Assembly (NCBI RefSeq): GCF_009914755.1
Contig: NC_060925.1
DNA length: 64,000 nt
Source of the DNA: the human T2T-CHM13v2.0 reference genome, Homo sapiens
Direction: 5' to 3' (one strand)
The first letter of the stretch is position 1, and the number at the start of each line of letters is the position of its first letter. The notes beneath the pieces were generated by a model. It saw only the letters and a list, made by a program, of their open reading frames with translations. It was not told the origin of the DNA and did not search any database. Shown here piece after piece: positions 31,092 to 43,503 of this stretch. Position numbers and translations under genes: made by a program.

Positions 31092-31219
31092 CTTTGTGGT
31101 TTTATCTACCTTTGGTCTTTGATGATGGTAATGTACAGATGGGTTTTTGGTGTGGATGTCCTTTCTGTTTGCTAGTTTTCCTTCTAACAGTCAGGAACCT
31201 CAGCTGCAGGTCTGTTGGA

Positions 31220-31348
31220 GTTTACTGGAGGTCCACTCCAGACCCTGTTTGCCTGGGTATCAGCAGCAGTGGCTGCAGAACAGCGGATATTGGTGAACCG
31301 CAAATGCTGCTGCCTGATCGTTCCTCTGGAAGTTTTGTCTCAGAGGGG
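31220..31348 (-). promoter_or_regulatory. 129-bp L1 5'UTR segment carrying the ZNF93 repressor site (absent from L1PA2/L1HS)
   Basis: 129 bp lie between GGTCTGTTGGA and TACC...GTGAGGTGTCAGT, which are adjacent in young L1s. Confidence 0.75.
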
Positions 31349-31669
31349 TACCTGGCTTTGTGAGGTGTCAGTCCGCCCCTACTGGGAGGTGCCTCCCAGT
31401 TAGGCTACTCGGGGGTTAGGGACCCCTTGAGGAGGCAGTCTGCCCATTCTCAGATCTCAAGCTGCGTGCTGGGAGAACCACTACTCTCTTCAAAGCTGTC
31501 AGACAGGGACATTTTAGTCTGCAGAGGTTATTGCTGTCTTTTGTTTGTCTGTGCCCTGCCCCCAGAGGTGGAGCCTACAGAGGCAGGCAGGCCTCCTTGA
31601 GCTGTGGTGGGCTCCACCCAGTTTGAGCTTCCCTCTCGGCTGCTTTGTTTACCTACTCAAGCCTGGACA

Positions 31670-31933
31670 ATGGCAGGCGCCCCTCCCCCAGCCTCACTGC
31701 CACCTTGCAGTTTGATCTCAGACTGCCGTGCTAGCAATGAGCGAGGCTCCGTGGGCATAGGACCCTCCAAGCCAGATGCAGGATATAATCTCCTAGTGTG
31801 CCGTTTGTTAAGACCATTGGAAAAGTGCAGTATTAGGGTGGGAGTGACCCGATTTTCCAGGTGCCGTCTGTCACCCCTTTCTTTGACTAGGAAAGGGAAT
31901 TCCCTGACCCCTTGCACTTTCCGGGTGAGGTGA
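31670..31933 (+). CDS. ORF0: LINE-1 ORF0 (antisense 5'UTR ORF), open, 87 aa
   Basis: ACAATGG start; MAGAPPPASLPPCSLISDCRASNERGSVGIGPSKP...IRVGVTRFSRC matches known ORF0p; expression unknown. Confidence 0.7.
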   Translation: MAGAPPPASLPPCSLISDCRASNERGSVGIGPSKPDAGYNLLVCRLLRPLEKCSIRVGVTRFSRCRLSPLSLTRKGNSLTPCTFRVR

Positions 31934-32242
31934 TGCCTCGCCCTGCTTTGGCTCACGCACGGTGCACTGCACCCACTGTCCTGCACCCACTTTCCGGCAC
32001 TCCCCAGTGAGATGAACCTGGTACCTCAGTTGGAAATGCAGAAATCACCCGTCTTCTGCATCACTCATGCTGGGTGCTGTAGACTGGAGCTGTTCCTATT
32101 CGGCCATCTTGGCTCCACCCTATTTTTTGCTTTTTATATGAACAGTGATAATTAAGGGTATCAAAATACTGTTAAATTTTACTTACATATAATAAAAGTA
32201 TAGTAATTTTTAAAAATATTATTATGATTTTAAAATTAAAAG

Positions 32243-32396
32243 TTATTTTATTTTGTTATTTTTCAGTTCCTGGGTACATGTGCAGGTTTGTTACATAGGG
32301 AAACATGTGCCATGGTAGTTTTCTGCACCTATCAACCCATTCCTTAGATATTAAGCCCAGCATGCATTAGCTATTTTTCCTAATGCTCTCCCTCCC
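32243..32396 (-). mobile_element. L1PA (L1PA8-13-like) extreme 3' end
   Basis: T-rich tail then GGGTACATGTGCAGGTTTGTTACATAGG...CAGCATGCATTAGCTATTTTTCCTAATGCTCTCCCTCCC. Confidence 0.8.
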
Positions 32397-33159
32397 TCAT
32401 TCTATGAGGCCAGCATCATGCTGATACCCAAACTTGGAAAAGACACAGCAAAAGAAGAAAACTTCAGGCAAGGTTTGGTTCAACATATGCAAATAAACAA
32501 ATGCAACTCATCACATAAACAGAATTAAGGACAAAAACTACATGATCATTTCAATAGATTCAGAAAAGGCTTTTGATGAAATTCAACACCATCCATGTTT
32601 AAAAGTTTCAATAAACTAGGTATTGAAGGAACATACCTCAAAATAATAAGAGCCATATATAAAAAACCCACAGCCAACATTATACTCAATTGGCAAAAGC
32701 TGGACGAATTCCATTGAAAACCAGCACAAAACAAAGATGCTCTCTCTCATCCCTCCTGTTAGTATTGGAATACCTCTCATTCCCCCTAGATAGTATTGGA
32801 ATACCTGGCCAGAGCAATCAAGTAAAAGAAAAAAAATAAAGGGCATCCAAATAGAAAGAGAGAAAGTCAAACTATCCCTGTCTCCAGATGACATAATTCT
32901 ATATCTAGAAAACTGCATAGTCTTGGACCAAAAGCTCCTTAAGCTGATAATTTCAGTGAAGTCTCAGGATACAAAATTAATGTAAAAAATGACAAGCATT
33001 CTTATACACCAATAACTGTCATGCTGAGAGCCAAATCAGGAACGCAATACTATTCACAATTTACACAAAAAGAATAAAATACCTGGGAATACAACTAGGC
33101 AGGGAGATGAAAGATCTCCCCAATGAGAACTACAAAACACTGCTCAAAGAAATAAGTGA

Positions 33160-33202
<43 letters not shown>

Positions 33203-33572
33203 TGCCATGCTCATGGAAAGGAAGAATCAATATTGTTAAAATGGCAATACTGACCAAAGTTATTTATAAATTCAATGCTATCCCTATCAAACTACCAATG
33301 ATGTTCTTCATAGAACTAAAAAAAAACAAAAAGTATTTTAAAATTCATATGGCACCAAAAAAGAGTCCAATAGCCAAGGCAATTCTAAGTAAAAACAGCA
33401 AAGCTGGAGGCATCATGCTACCTGACCTCAAACTATACTGCAGGGCTACTGTAACCAAAACAGCATGGTACTGGTACAAAAACACAGAGACCAATGGAAC
33501 AGCACAGATAACTCAGAAATAAGGCCACACACCTACAACCATCTGATCTTCCACAATGCTGACACAAACAAG
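32397..33572 (+). mobile_element. L1PA ORF2 segment in opposite orientation (probable 5' inversion of the preceding element)
   Basis: Begins abruptly at TCATTCTATGAGGCCAGC; translates as [16 protein letters not shown]...KTAWYWYKN. Confidence 0.8.
33161..33200. repeat. (CA)20 microsatellite inside L1 ORF2
   Basis: Perfect CA run of 40 bp. Confidence 0.95.
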
Positions 33573-34210
33573 AAAATTTAGCATATCAGAGAGATATTTG
33601 CACTCCCGCGTTTGTTACAACACTGTTTATGATAGCTAAAATTTGGAAGTAACCTAAGTGTCCATCAACACATGAAAGAATTAATAAAATGTGATACATA
33701 GACACAATGGAGTACTATTCAGCCATGAAAGAGAATGAAATCTTGTCATTTGCAACAACATGAATGGAACTGGAAGTCATTATGATAAGTGAAATTATCC
33801 AGCCACAGAAAGACAAACATCACATGTTCTCATTTTGAGGGATATAAAAATCAAGACAATTGAACTCATGGAGATAGAGAGTAGGATGGTTACCAGAGTC
33901 TGGGAAGGGTAGTTGGGGGCTGGGGCAGGGGTAGGATGGCTAGTGGGTACCATAAAACCTAGAAAGAATGGGTAAAACCTACAATTTGATAGCTCAACAA
34001 GGTGACTATTGTCAATAATAATTATACATTTTAAAATAAGAGTGTTACTGGATTGTTTGTGACTCAAAGGATAAATGCTTGAGGAGATGGATACCCTATT
34101 CTCTATGATGTGATTACTTCACATTGCATGCCATTATTAAAACATTTCATGTACCCCATAAATATATATACCTACTACTTACACACAAAAATAAAAAATT
34201 AATTTTAAAA
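33573..34210 (+). mobile_element. L1MA1/2-like 3' end (probably the end of the host starting at 19263)
   Basis: GGATAAATGCTTGAGGAGATGGATACCCTATT...GTACCCCATAAATATATATACCTACTA...AAATAAAAAATT. Confidence 0.75.
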
Positions 34211-37200
34211 AAGAAAGCATGCTTACATTTGCGTTTTAGTTTTTAATATTTGCCTTTGACTTATTTATTTTTTTATATAAATTTATTGGGTACAAATGCA
34301 ATTCTGCCACACCCATAGATTGCATATGGATCAAGTGAGTGCTTTCAGGTTATCCATAAACAAAATAATGTACATTGCACACAATAAGTAATTTCTTATC
34401 TCCCACCACTGCAATACACTCACCATTCTGAGTCTCCTTTGTCTATCATTCCACTCTCTATATCCATATGTATACATTATTTAGCTCTCACTTATGAGTG
34501 AGAACATATGATACTTTCCTTTGTGTGTTCACTTATTTCACTTAAGATAATGGCCTCCAGTTCCATACATGCTGCAGCAAAAGACATGATTTCATTCTTT
34601 TTATGGCTGAATAGTATTCCACTGTGTATATATACCACATTTTTTTATTCAGTCATCTGTTGATGAACACTTAGGTTGATTCCATTTCTTTGTTATTATG
34701 AATAGTGCTGTGATAAGCACACAAGTGCAGGTATCTTTTTGATGTGTAGATTTGTTTTCCTTGCATACTCACTAGTGGAACTGCTGGATCAAATGGTAGT
34801 TCTATTTTTAGTTCTTTGAGAATGCTTCATACTTTTTTTTCCCATGGAGGTTATACTAATTTTCATTCCTCCCAACAGTGAATAAGTATTCCATTTTCTC
34901 CACACCTTCACCAACATCTGTTGCTGACTTTTTAATAATAGCCATTCTCACTGGGGTAAGATTCTATCTCATTGTGGTTTTAATTTGCATTTTTCTCATG
35001 ATTAGTGATGTTCAGCATGCTAAAATTGCTTCTTGGCCATATGCATATCTTCTTTTTAAAAATGTCTGCATAAACATTAAAAATATGTCCTTTGCCCACT
35101 TTTTAATTGGATCATTTGGGAGTTTTGTTGTGGTTTTTTGACTTCCTTGTAAAGTCTGGGTATTAATCCTCTGTTAGATGCATTATTTCCAAATGTTTTT
35201 TCCTATTCTGTAGGCAGTCTTCACTATGTTGATTATTTATTTTGCTGTGCAGAAGCTTTTTAGTTAAATTAAGTCTCATTTATCTATTTTTGTTTTGTTG
35301 CCTGTGTTTTTGAAGTCTTAGTCATATATTGTTTGCCTAGACCAATGTCCAGAAGAGGTTCCCTAGATTTTCGTCTAGTATTTTTATAGATTCATGTCTT
35401 ACATTTAAGCATTTAATTCATCTTGAGTTTATTTTTATATATGATGAGAGATAAGGATCCAGGTTCATTCTTCTGTCTATGGCTAGGCAATCTTCCCAGT
35501 ACCATTGATTTACTAGGGTGTCCTTTTCCCAGTGTAAGTTTTTGTCAACTTTTTCAAAGATCAGTTGGCTGTAGATAAGTGGCTTTATTTCTGGGTTCTC
35601 TATTCTGTTTCATTGATCTATGTGTCTGTTTTTATACCATTACCATGCTGTTTTATTACTATAGCCTTGCAATATAATTTGAAGTCACATAATATGATGC
35701 CTCTAGCTTCATTCTTTTTGCCTAGGATTGCTTTGTTTATTTGGGCTCTTTCATAGTACCATATGTATTTTAGGCCTTTTTTTTTTTCTAATTCTGTGAA
35801 AGACGGTGTTTGTATTATGAGAAAGATTGTATTGAATCTGTAGATTTCTTTGAGCAGTATAATCCTTTAACTACATTAATTCTTCAGGTACATCACCAGA
35901 AGATGCCTTTTTCATTTGTTTGTGTCATCTACAATTTCTTTCATAGTGTATTGTGGTTTTCCTTATAGAAATTTTTCACTTCCTTGCTTAGATGGATTCC
36001 TAGGTATTTTTTTTCAGTTATAGGGTAAACTTCTTTATTTCATTCTTAGCTCAATCAATATTGGTGTATAGAAATGCTACTTCTTTTCGTACATCAATTT
36101 TGTATCCTGCATGATTACTGAATTCATTTATCAATGCTAAGAGTTTTTAGGTAGGCCTTTAGGTTGTTCTAAATATAAGGTAATATCATCAGCAAACAGA
36201 GATAATTTGACTTCCTCTATACTGATTTGAGGCCTTTTATTTGTTTCTCTTGGCTGCCTGCCCTGGGAGGACTTTCAGAAGTATGTAGACAAGTAGTGGT
36301 GAAAGTGGACATCTTTCTCTTGTTCCAGTTCTTTAGGCATTACTTTAAACTTGTCCTCTTTCAGTACCATGTTAGTTGTCAGTTTTTAGTATATGGCCTT
36401 TATTATTTTGATGTTTGTCTCCCTTCTGTGTCATTTGTTGAGGGTTTTTAATCATGAAGCATTGCTGAATTTATCACGTTTTTCTGTTTCTATTGAGATG
36501 ATAGTAGAGTTTTTGTCCTTAATTCTGTTTATTTAATACATCACAGTTATTTACTTACAAATGTTGAACCATTCTTGCAAGCCTGGTATAAAACCCACTT
36601 TATTGTAGTCTATTATCTTTTTATGTTCTGTTGGATTCAGTGTGCAAGTATTTTCATGAGAATTTTTGTGTCTATGTTGATCTAGAATATTAATCTACAG
36701 TTTTCTTTTTATGCTGTGTCCTTGTTTGCTTGGTTTTGGTAGCAGGGTGACACTGGGCTTGCAGAAAGAATTAGGGAGGATTCTCTCCCACTCAATATTT
36801 TGGAATAATTTCAAAAAAATGGTATTAGTTATTTTTTGTATGTTTGGTAGCATTCAACTAAGAATACATAGGCTATGGGGCTTCTTTTTGTTCAAAAAAC
36901 TTTATTACAGATTTACTCTCACTACTCATTTTTGGTCAGTTCTAGCTTTTGCATTCTTCTATTTTAATCTGAAGAGGCTGTCCATTTCTAAGATTTACCC
37001 ATTTTCTCTAGATTTTCCAGTTCATGACATACAATTCTTTGCATTTATCTAATAATCTTTTGAATGCTTGTGGTGTCAGTTATAATGTCTTGTTACATTT
37101 CTTATTTTATTTATTTAGGTATTCCTCTTCTTGTGTATTCTAGCCTGCAGTTTACCAATTTGTTTATCTTTTCAAACAATCAATATTTCATTTCACTGAT

Positions 37201-37409
37201 TTTAAAATTTTTTTCTGCTGTCTATTTCATTTTGTTCTGTTCGTGGTTCAGTCCTGGGAGAGTGTATGTCCAGGAATTTATCCATTTCTTCTAGATTTTC
37301 TAGTTTATTTGCATAGAGCTATTTATAGTATTCTCTGATAGTTGTTTGTATTTCTGTGCAGTCAGTGGTAATAGCCCCCTTATCATTTCTTATTGTGTTC
37401 TTTGAATAT

Positions 37410-37818
37410 TGTGATGGTTAATACTGAGTGTCAACTTGATTGAATTGAAGGATACAAAGTATTAATCCTGGGTGTGTCTGTGACGGTACTGCCAAAGGAG
37501 ATTAACATTTGAGTCACTGGGCTGGGAAGGGCAGACCCATCCTTAATTGGGTGGGAACCATCTAATCAGCTGCCAGTAAACATAAAGTGGGCAGAAAAAT
37601 GTGAAAGGGAGATTCTGGCCTAGCCTCCCAGCCTACAGCTTTCTCCCATGCTGGAGGCTTCTTGCCCTTGAACATCAGACTCCAAGTTCTTCAATTTTGA
37701 GACTCAGACTGGCTCTCCTTGCTGCTCAAGCCTACACACAAGTTATTATGGGACCTTGTGATGGTGTAAGTTAATATATAATAAATTCTCATATATATAT
37801 ATGTGTGTCTGTGTGTGT

Positions 37819-37865
<47 letters not shown>

Positions 37866-37904
37866 CTTTTAGTTCTATCCCTCTAGACAACCCTGACTAA
37901 TGCA
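37410..37904 (+). mobile_element. HERV-L 5' LTR (MLT2A1)
   Basis: TGTGATGGTTAATACTGAGTGTCAAC...CCCTGACTAATGCA; AATAAA at 37780. Confidence 0.93.
37791..37863. repeat. Compound (TA)n(TG)n microsatellite within 5' LTR
   Basis: ATATATATATATGTGTGTCT(GT)n; not present as a TG run in the 3' LTR. Confidence 0.92.
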
Positions 37905-37959
37905 GATTTTAGTACCAGGAGAGGTTCTAGAGGAACAGAATATTAAGGATGGAGTTCTT

Positions 37960-39670
37960 TCGTTGGTTTTGGGGTTTCTGGAATTGGCTGCTTAATATGG
38001 TTAGACACAAAAATGCTAGGACTCTACTTCTAATAGTATGGAGAACACTGATAGTCCTTGACATGAACTGTTTAGAGAGTATACAAAATAAATGCATTTG
38101 ACACTCCTAATTCACCATTTGTGAGAGGCAAGGAGTTTAGTGAGTCTACACATAATACCTTTGACCATATGTGGAGAACCAAGGAACATAATGATGCTGG
38201 TTGGTTGCTCCTAATTTCAGTGAACAAAGTAATGAAAGAAAATAATGAACCCAGGGATTCTGTCTCCCAGCTTCAGAAACAGGTACTGAGCCTCAAATCT
38301 GCTAAGATTGCCCTGAGTGAGAGTCTTATATCCTCTAGAGAAAGAGCTGAAACTGGAAAAACAGACATGAGCTCTTATAATGTGAGTGGCTGGCCTGCAA
38401 CAAAAGGTGCATGCACAGCCTCATCAGGTGTCTACTGTTAAAGTGAGGGCATTGATTGGAAAGAATGGGACCCTGGAACTTAGAATGGGGATGTGTGGGA
38501 GAACCCTGATGAAGCTGGGGACACTGAGTTTGTAAACTCTGATGAATCTTTTTTGCCAGAAGGAACAGCTTCCCCAACCCCAGTAGTGGCAACATCCCCA
38601 CCCCAACTCATGCTGCCATCAGCCTGTCGATCTTTGTCTGAGGAGATAAACCCTGTGCTGCCTGAGGCAACAGTGATGGCCTCCCCTGAGGCAGTTGCTA
38701 AGCAAAATAATGTTGATTCTCTTCAGGAGCCACCCCAACACCGCTGTTTGCTTCTAGACCTATAACTAAAGTCTCAGTGGGCCCCTAGAGGTAAGGGTGA
38801 GAGTGTGAACAATGATGAGGTGTGCTACACTCGAACTGTTTCGGTTCTCTAATTTATATAAACAGAAATCTGGAGAACAGGCATAAGAATGGATTTTAAG
38901 GGTATGGGATAATGGTGGAAGGAACACAGACTTGGATTAGGCTGAATTTATTGATTTGGGACCACTAAGTAGGGACTCTGCTTTTAATGTTGCAGCTCAC
39001 GGAGTTAAAAAGAGGTTCTAACAGTTTATTTGCTTGGTTAGCTGAAATACGGATTAAAAGATGGCCCACTGTGAGCGAGCTGGAAATGCCTGATCTCCCT
39101 TGGTTTAACATAGAGGAAGGGATCCAAAGGCTTAGGGAGATTGGTATAGTGGACTGGATTAGTCACTTTAGACCTACTCATTCCAGCTGAGAGGATCCAG
39201 ACAATATACCCTTGACAAATGCCTTGTGAAATAGATTTGTGAGGGCAGCACCTGCATTTTTAAAGAGCCCTGTAATTGCTCTTCTCTGTATGTCAGATTT
39301 AACAGTGGGAACCACAGTCACTCAACTACAAAATTTAAATACAATGGGAATAATTGGATCCCAAGGTGGCAGGAGATAAGTGGTGGTACTCAACCATCAA
39401 AGGCAAGGTGGGCATAGCTACCGTCATGGACAGCAGAGGCAAAGTGGCAAACAGAATAGTCTGACTTGTGTGGAGCTCTGGCATTGACTAATCATGATGT
39501 TCCTAGAAATTGATAGGACGCCTACTGCATTCTGCTTGTCTTTATACAAGCAGAAGACTTCAAGGTTGAATGGACAAAAGACTAATTTCAATAATAAAGA
39601 CAGAGAATCATGGCCCCTCAATCAATTTCTAGACTTGAGCCATTTTACAGACCCAGAACCCCTTGAATGA
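37960..39670 (+). pseudogene. HERV-L gag remnant
   Basis: Fragments HMWRTKEHNDAGWLLL, WENPDEAGDTEFVNSDE, WPTVSELEMPDLPWF; many stops and frameshifts. Confidence 0.8.
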
Positions 39671-39679
39671 AGGGGAAGT

Positions 39680-42660
39680 CGGGTCCCCTTGAGGAAGGAC
39701 CTCACTACATTACTGACAATTTATGCAGTGAATCTTTCTCCCATCCTTCCCCAAAGAGACCACTGGCATTTTGTCAGTGTAACTGTGCAACTGGGGAAAG
39801 GGAAATAATCAGACATTTTAGGGACTACTGGACAATGGCTCTGAGCTGATGTTGATTCTAGGGGACCCAAAACATCATTGTCATCCTCCAGTTAAAGTAG
39901 GGGCTTATGGAGGTCACATAATTAATGGAGTTTTAGCTCTGACTTACAGTGGGTCCAGTGGGTCCCTCAACTCATCCTGTGGTCATTTCCCCAGTGCCAA
40001 ATGCATAACTGGCATAGACATACTTAGCAGCAGGCAGAACCCCCACATTGGCTCCCTGACTGGTAGGGTAAGGACTATTATGGTGGGAAAGGCCAAATGG
40101 AAGCCATTAGAGCTGCCTCTACCTAGAAAAAATAGTAAATCAGAAACAATATCAATCCCTGCAGGGACTTCAAAGATTAGTGGCACCATAAAGGACTTGA
40201 AAGATGCAGGTGTGGTGATTTCTACCACATCCCCATTCAACTCTCCCATTTGGCCTGTGCAGAAGACAGATGGATATTGGAAAATGACAGTGGATTATTA
40301 TAAGCTTAACCAAGTGGCGACTCCAATTGCAGCTGCTGTACCATATGTGGTTTCATTGCTTGAGCAAATTAATACATCTCCTGGTACCTAGTATGCAGCC
40401 ACTGACTTGGCAAATGCCTTTTTCTCCATTCCTGTCCATAAGGCCCACCAGAAGCAATTTGCCTTCAGCTGCAAGGCCAGCAATATAACTTTACTGTCCT
40501 GCTTCAGGGGTATATCAACTCTCCAGCTTTGTGTCATAATCTTATTTGGAGAGACCTTCATCGCTTTTTGCTTCTGCAAGATATCACATGGGTCCATTAC
40601 ACTGATGACATTATGCTGACTGGATCTAGTGAGCAAGAAGTAGCAAACACACTGGACTTATTGGTGAGACATTTGCATACCAAATGATGGAAAATAAATC
40701 CAACTAAAATTCAGGGACCTTCTACCTCAGTAAAATTTCTAGGGTACAGTAGTCTGGGGACTGTTGAGATATTCCCTTTAAGGTGAATGATAAGTTGCTG
40801 CATTTGACCTCTCCTACAACCAAGAAAGAGGCACAACACCTGGTGGTCCTATTTGGATTCTGGAGGCAATGCATTCCACATTTGGGTTTGTTACTCTGCC
40901 CCATTTATTGAGTAACAGAAAATGCTGCCAGTTTTAAGTGGGGTCCAGAACAGGAGAAGGCTCTGCAACAGGTCCAGGCTGCTGTGCAAGCTGCTCTGCC
41001 ACTTGGGCCATATGACCCAGCAGATCCAATGGTGCTTGAGGTGTCAGTGTCAGATAGGGATGCTGTTTGGAGCCTTTAGCAGGCCACCATATGTGAATCA
41101 CAGAGGAGGGCTCTGGGATTTTGGAGCAAGGCCCTGCCATTTTCTGCACATAACTACTCTCTTTGTGAGAGACAGCTATTTGGCTTGTTACTGGGCTTTG
41201 GTGGAAACTGAAAGTTTGACTATGGGTCATCAAGTCACCATGCGAATTGAACTGCCTATGATGAACTGAGTGCATTCTGACTCATCTAGCCATAAAGTGG
41301 GTCATGCACAGCAGCGTTCCATCATCAAATGGAAGTGGTATATATGTGATTGGGCTCAAGTAGGTCCTGAAGCACAAGTAAGTTACCTAAGGAAGTGGCA
41401 TGGTGTTCACTCCTGCCACTCTGCCTTCTCTTCCCCAGTCTGCACTGATGGCCTCATGGGGAGTTCCCTATGATCAGTTGACAGAGAGACAGAAGACTAG
41501 GGCCTGGTTCTCAGGTGGTTCTGCACGATATGTAGAAACCACCTGAAACTGGACAGCTGCAGCACTACAGCCCCTTTCTAAGACATCCCTGAAGGACAGT
41601 GGTGAAGGGAAATCTTCCCAGTGGGCAGAACTTTGAGCAGTGCACCTGCTAGTGCACTTTTCATGGAAGGAGAAATGGTCAGATGTGTGATTATATACTG
41701 ATTCAAGGGCTGTAGCCAATTGTTTGGAAGCATGATCAGGGACTTGGAAGAAGCATGATTGGAAAATTGGTGACAAAGAAATTTGGGGACAAGGTATGTG
41801 GATGGACATTTCTACATGGTCAAAAACTGTGAAAATATTTGTATATCATGTGAGTGCTCACCAACAGGTGACCTCAGCAGAGGAGGATTTTAATAATCAG
41901 GTGGATAGGATGACTCATTTTGTGGATACCACTCAGCCTCTTTCTCCAGTCACCCATGTCATCGCCCAATGGGCCCATGAATAAAGTGGCCATGGTGGCA
42001 AGGATGGAGGTTACACATGGGCTCAGCAACATGGACTTCCACTCAGTGAGGCTGACCTGGCTATGGCCACTGCTGAGTGCCCAATTTGCCAGCAGCAGAG
42101 ACCAATACCTAACACTTAATATGGCACCATTCCTTAGGCTGATCAGCCAGCTACTTGCTGGCAGGTTGATTATATTGGACCTCTTCCATCATGGAAAAAG
42201 CAGAGGTTTGTCCTCACTGGAATAGACACTCATTCCAGATATGGGCTTCCCTATCCTGCACGCAATGCTTCTGCCAAGACTACCATCCATGGACTCAAGG
42301 AATGCCTTATCCACCGTCATGGTATTCCACACAGCATTGCCTCTGAGCAAGGCGCTCACTTTACCGCTAAAGAAGAGTGGCAGTAGGCTCAGGCTCATGG
42401 AATTCACTGGTCTTACCATGTTCCTCATTATCCTGAAGCAGCTGGATTGATAGAATGATGGAATGGCTTTTTGAAGTCACAATTACAATGCCAACTAGGT
42501 TACAATACTTTGCAGGGCTGGGGAAAAGTTCTCCATAAGGCCGTGTATGCTCTGAATCAGAGTCCAATATATGGTATTTTCTCTCCCATAGTTGGGATTC
42601 ATGGGTCCAGAAATCAAGGGGTGGATATGGAAGTGGCACCACTCACCATCACCCCAGTGA
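39680..42660 (+). pseudogene. HERV-L pro-pol remnant (protease, RT, RNase H, integrase)
   Basis: SPFNSPIWPVQKTDGYWKMTVDY, DLANAFFSIP, TACACTGATGAC (YxDD), integrase CPIC and WQVDYIG codons; multiple stops. Confidence 0.88.
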
Positions 42661-42676
42661 TCCACTAACAAAATGT

Positions 42677-43102
42677 TTGCTTTCTGTTCCCGTGACCTTA
42701 TGTTCTGCTGGCCTAGAGGTCTTAGTTCCAGAGGGAGGAACGCTGCCACCAGGAGGCACAACAACAATTCCATTAAACTACAAGTTAAGATTGCCACCTG
42801 GATACTTTAGTCTCCTCCTACCTTTAAGTCAACAAGCTAAGAAGGGAGTTGCAGTGTTGGCTGGGGTGGTTGACCCGGACTATCAAGATGAAATCAGTCT
42901 ACTACTCCACAATGGAGGTAAGGAAGAGTATGCATGGAATACAGGAGATCCATTATGGCATCTCTTAGTATTACCATGCCCTGTGATTAAGGTCAATGGC
43001 AAACTACAACAGCCCAATCCAGGCAGGACTGCAAATGGCCCAGACCCTTCAGGAATGAAGGTTTTGGTCACTCCACCAGGAAAAAAAACCATGACCTGCT
43101 GA
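42677..43102 (+). pseudogene. ERV-L dUTPase-like reading frame (open for 141 codons)
   Basis: SAGLEV, LLPLSQ, GVVDPDYQDEI and GDPL resemble trimeric dUTPase motifs I-IV; located after integrase as expected for ERV-L. Confidence 0.8.
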
Positions 43103-43503
43103 GGTGCTTGCTGAAGGCAAAAGGAATACAGAATGGGTAGTCATTAATACCAGCTATGACCACATGACCAGCTGCAGAAATGAGGACTGTAATTGTCATG
43201 AGTATTTCCTGCTTGGTTTGTTAAAAACATGTTTGTGCACGTATGCACTTGTACTAAGAAAATATCTTCATTTTATTTCCTTTTTCCCTTATCATGTGAC
43301 ATGAGATTTACTGACTTCATATCAGCATTTAAGTATTGTTAACTTTATGTAATAGTATTTGGGTTGGGGATTGGTGCATTTCTGGTTGTATGAAGGATCG
43401 TTGTATTATGTTAATTGTAATTATGACCTTTTTGCTGTCTTTATTTGAAGATTATGTATGCTCTCAGTAGAGCGTATGGGTTGAAGTTGACAAGGGGTGA
43501 ACT

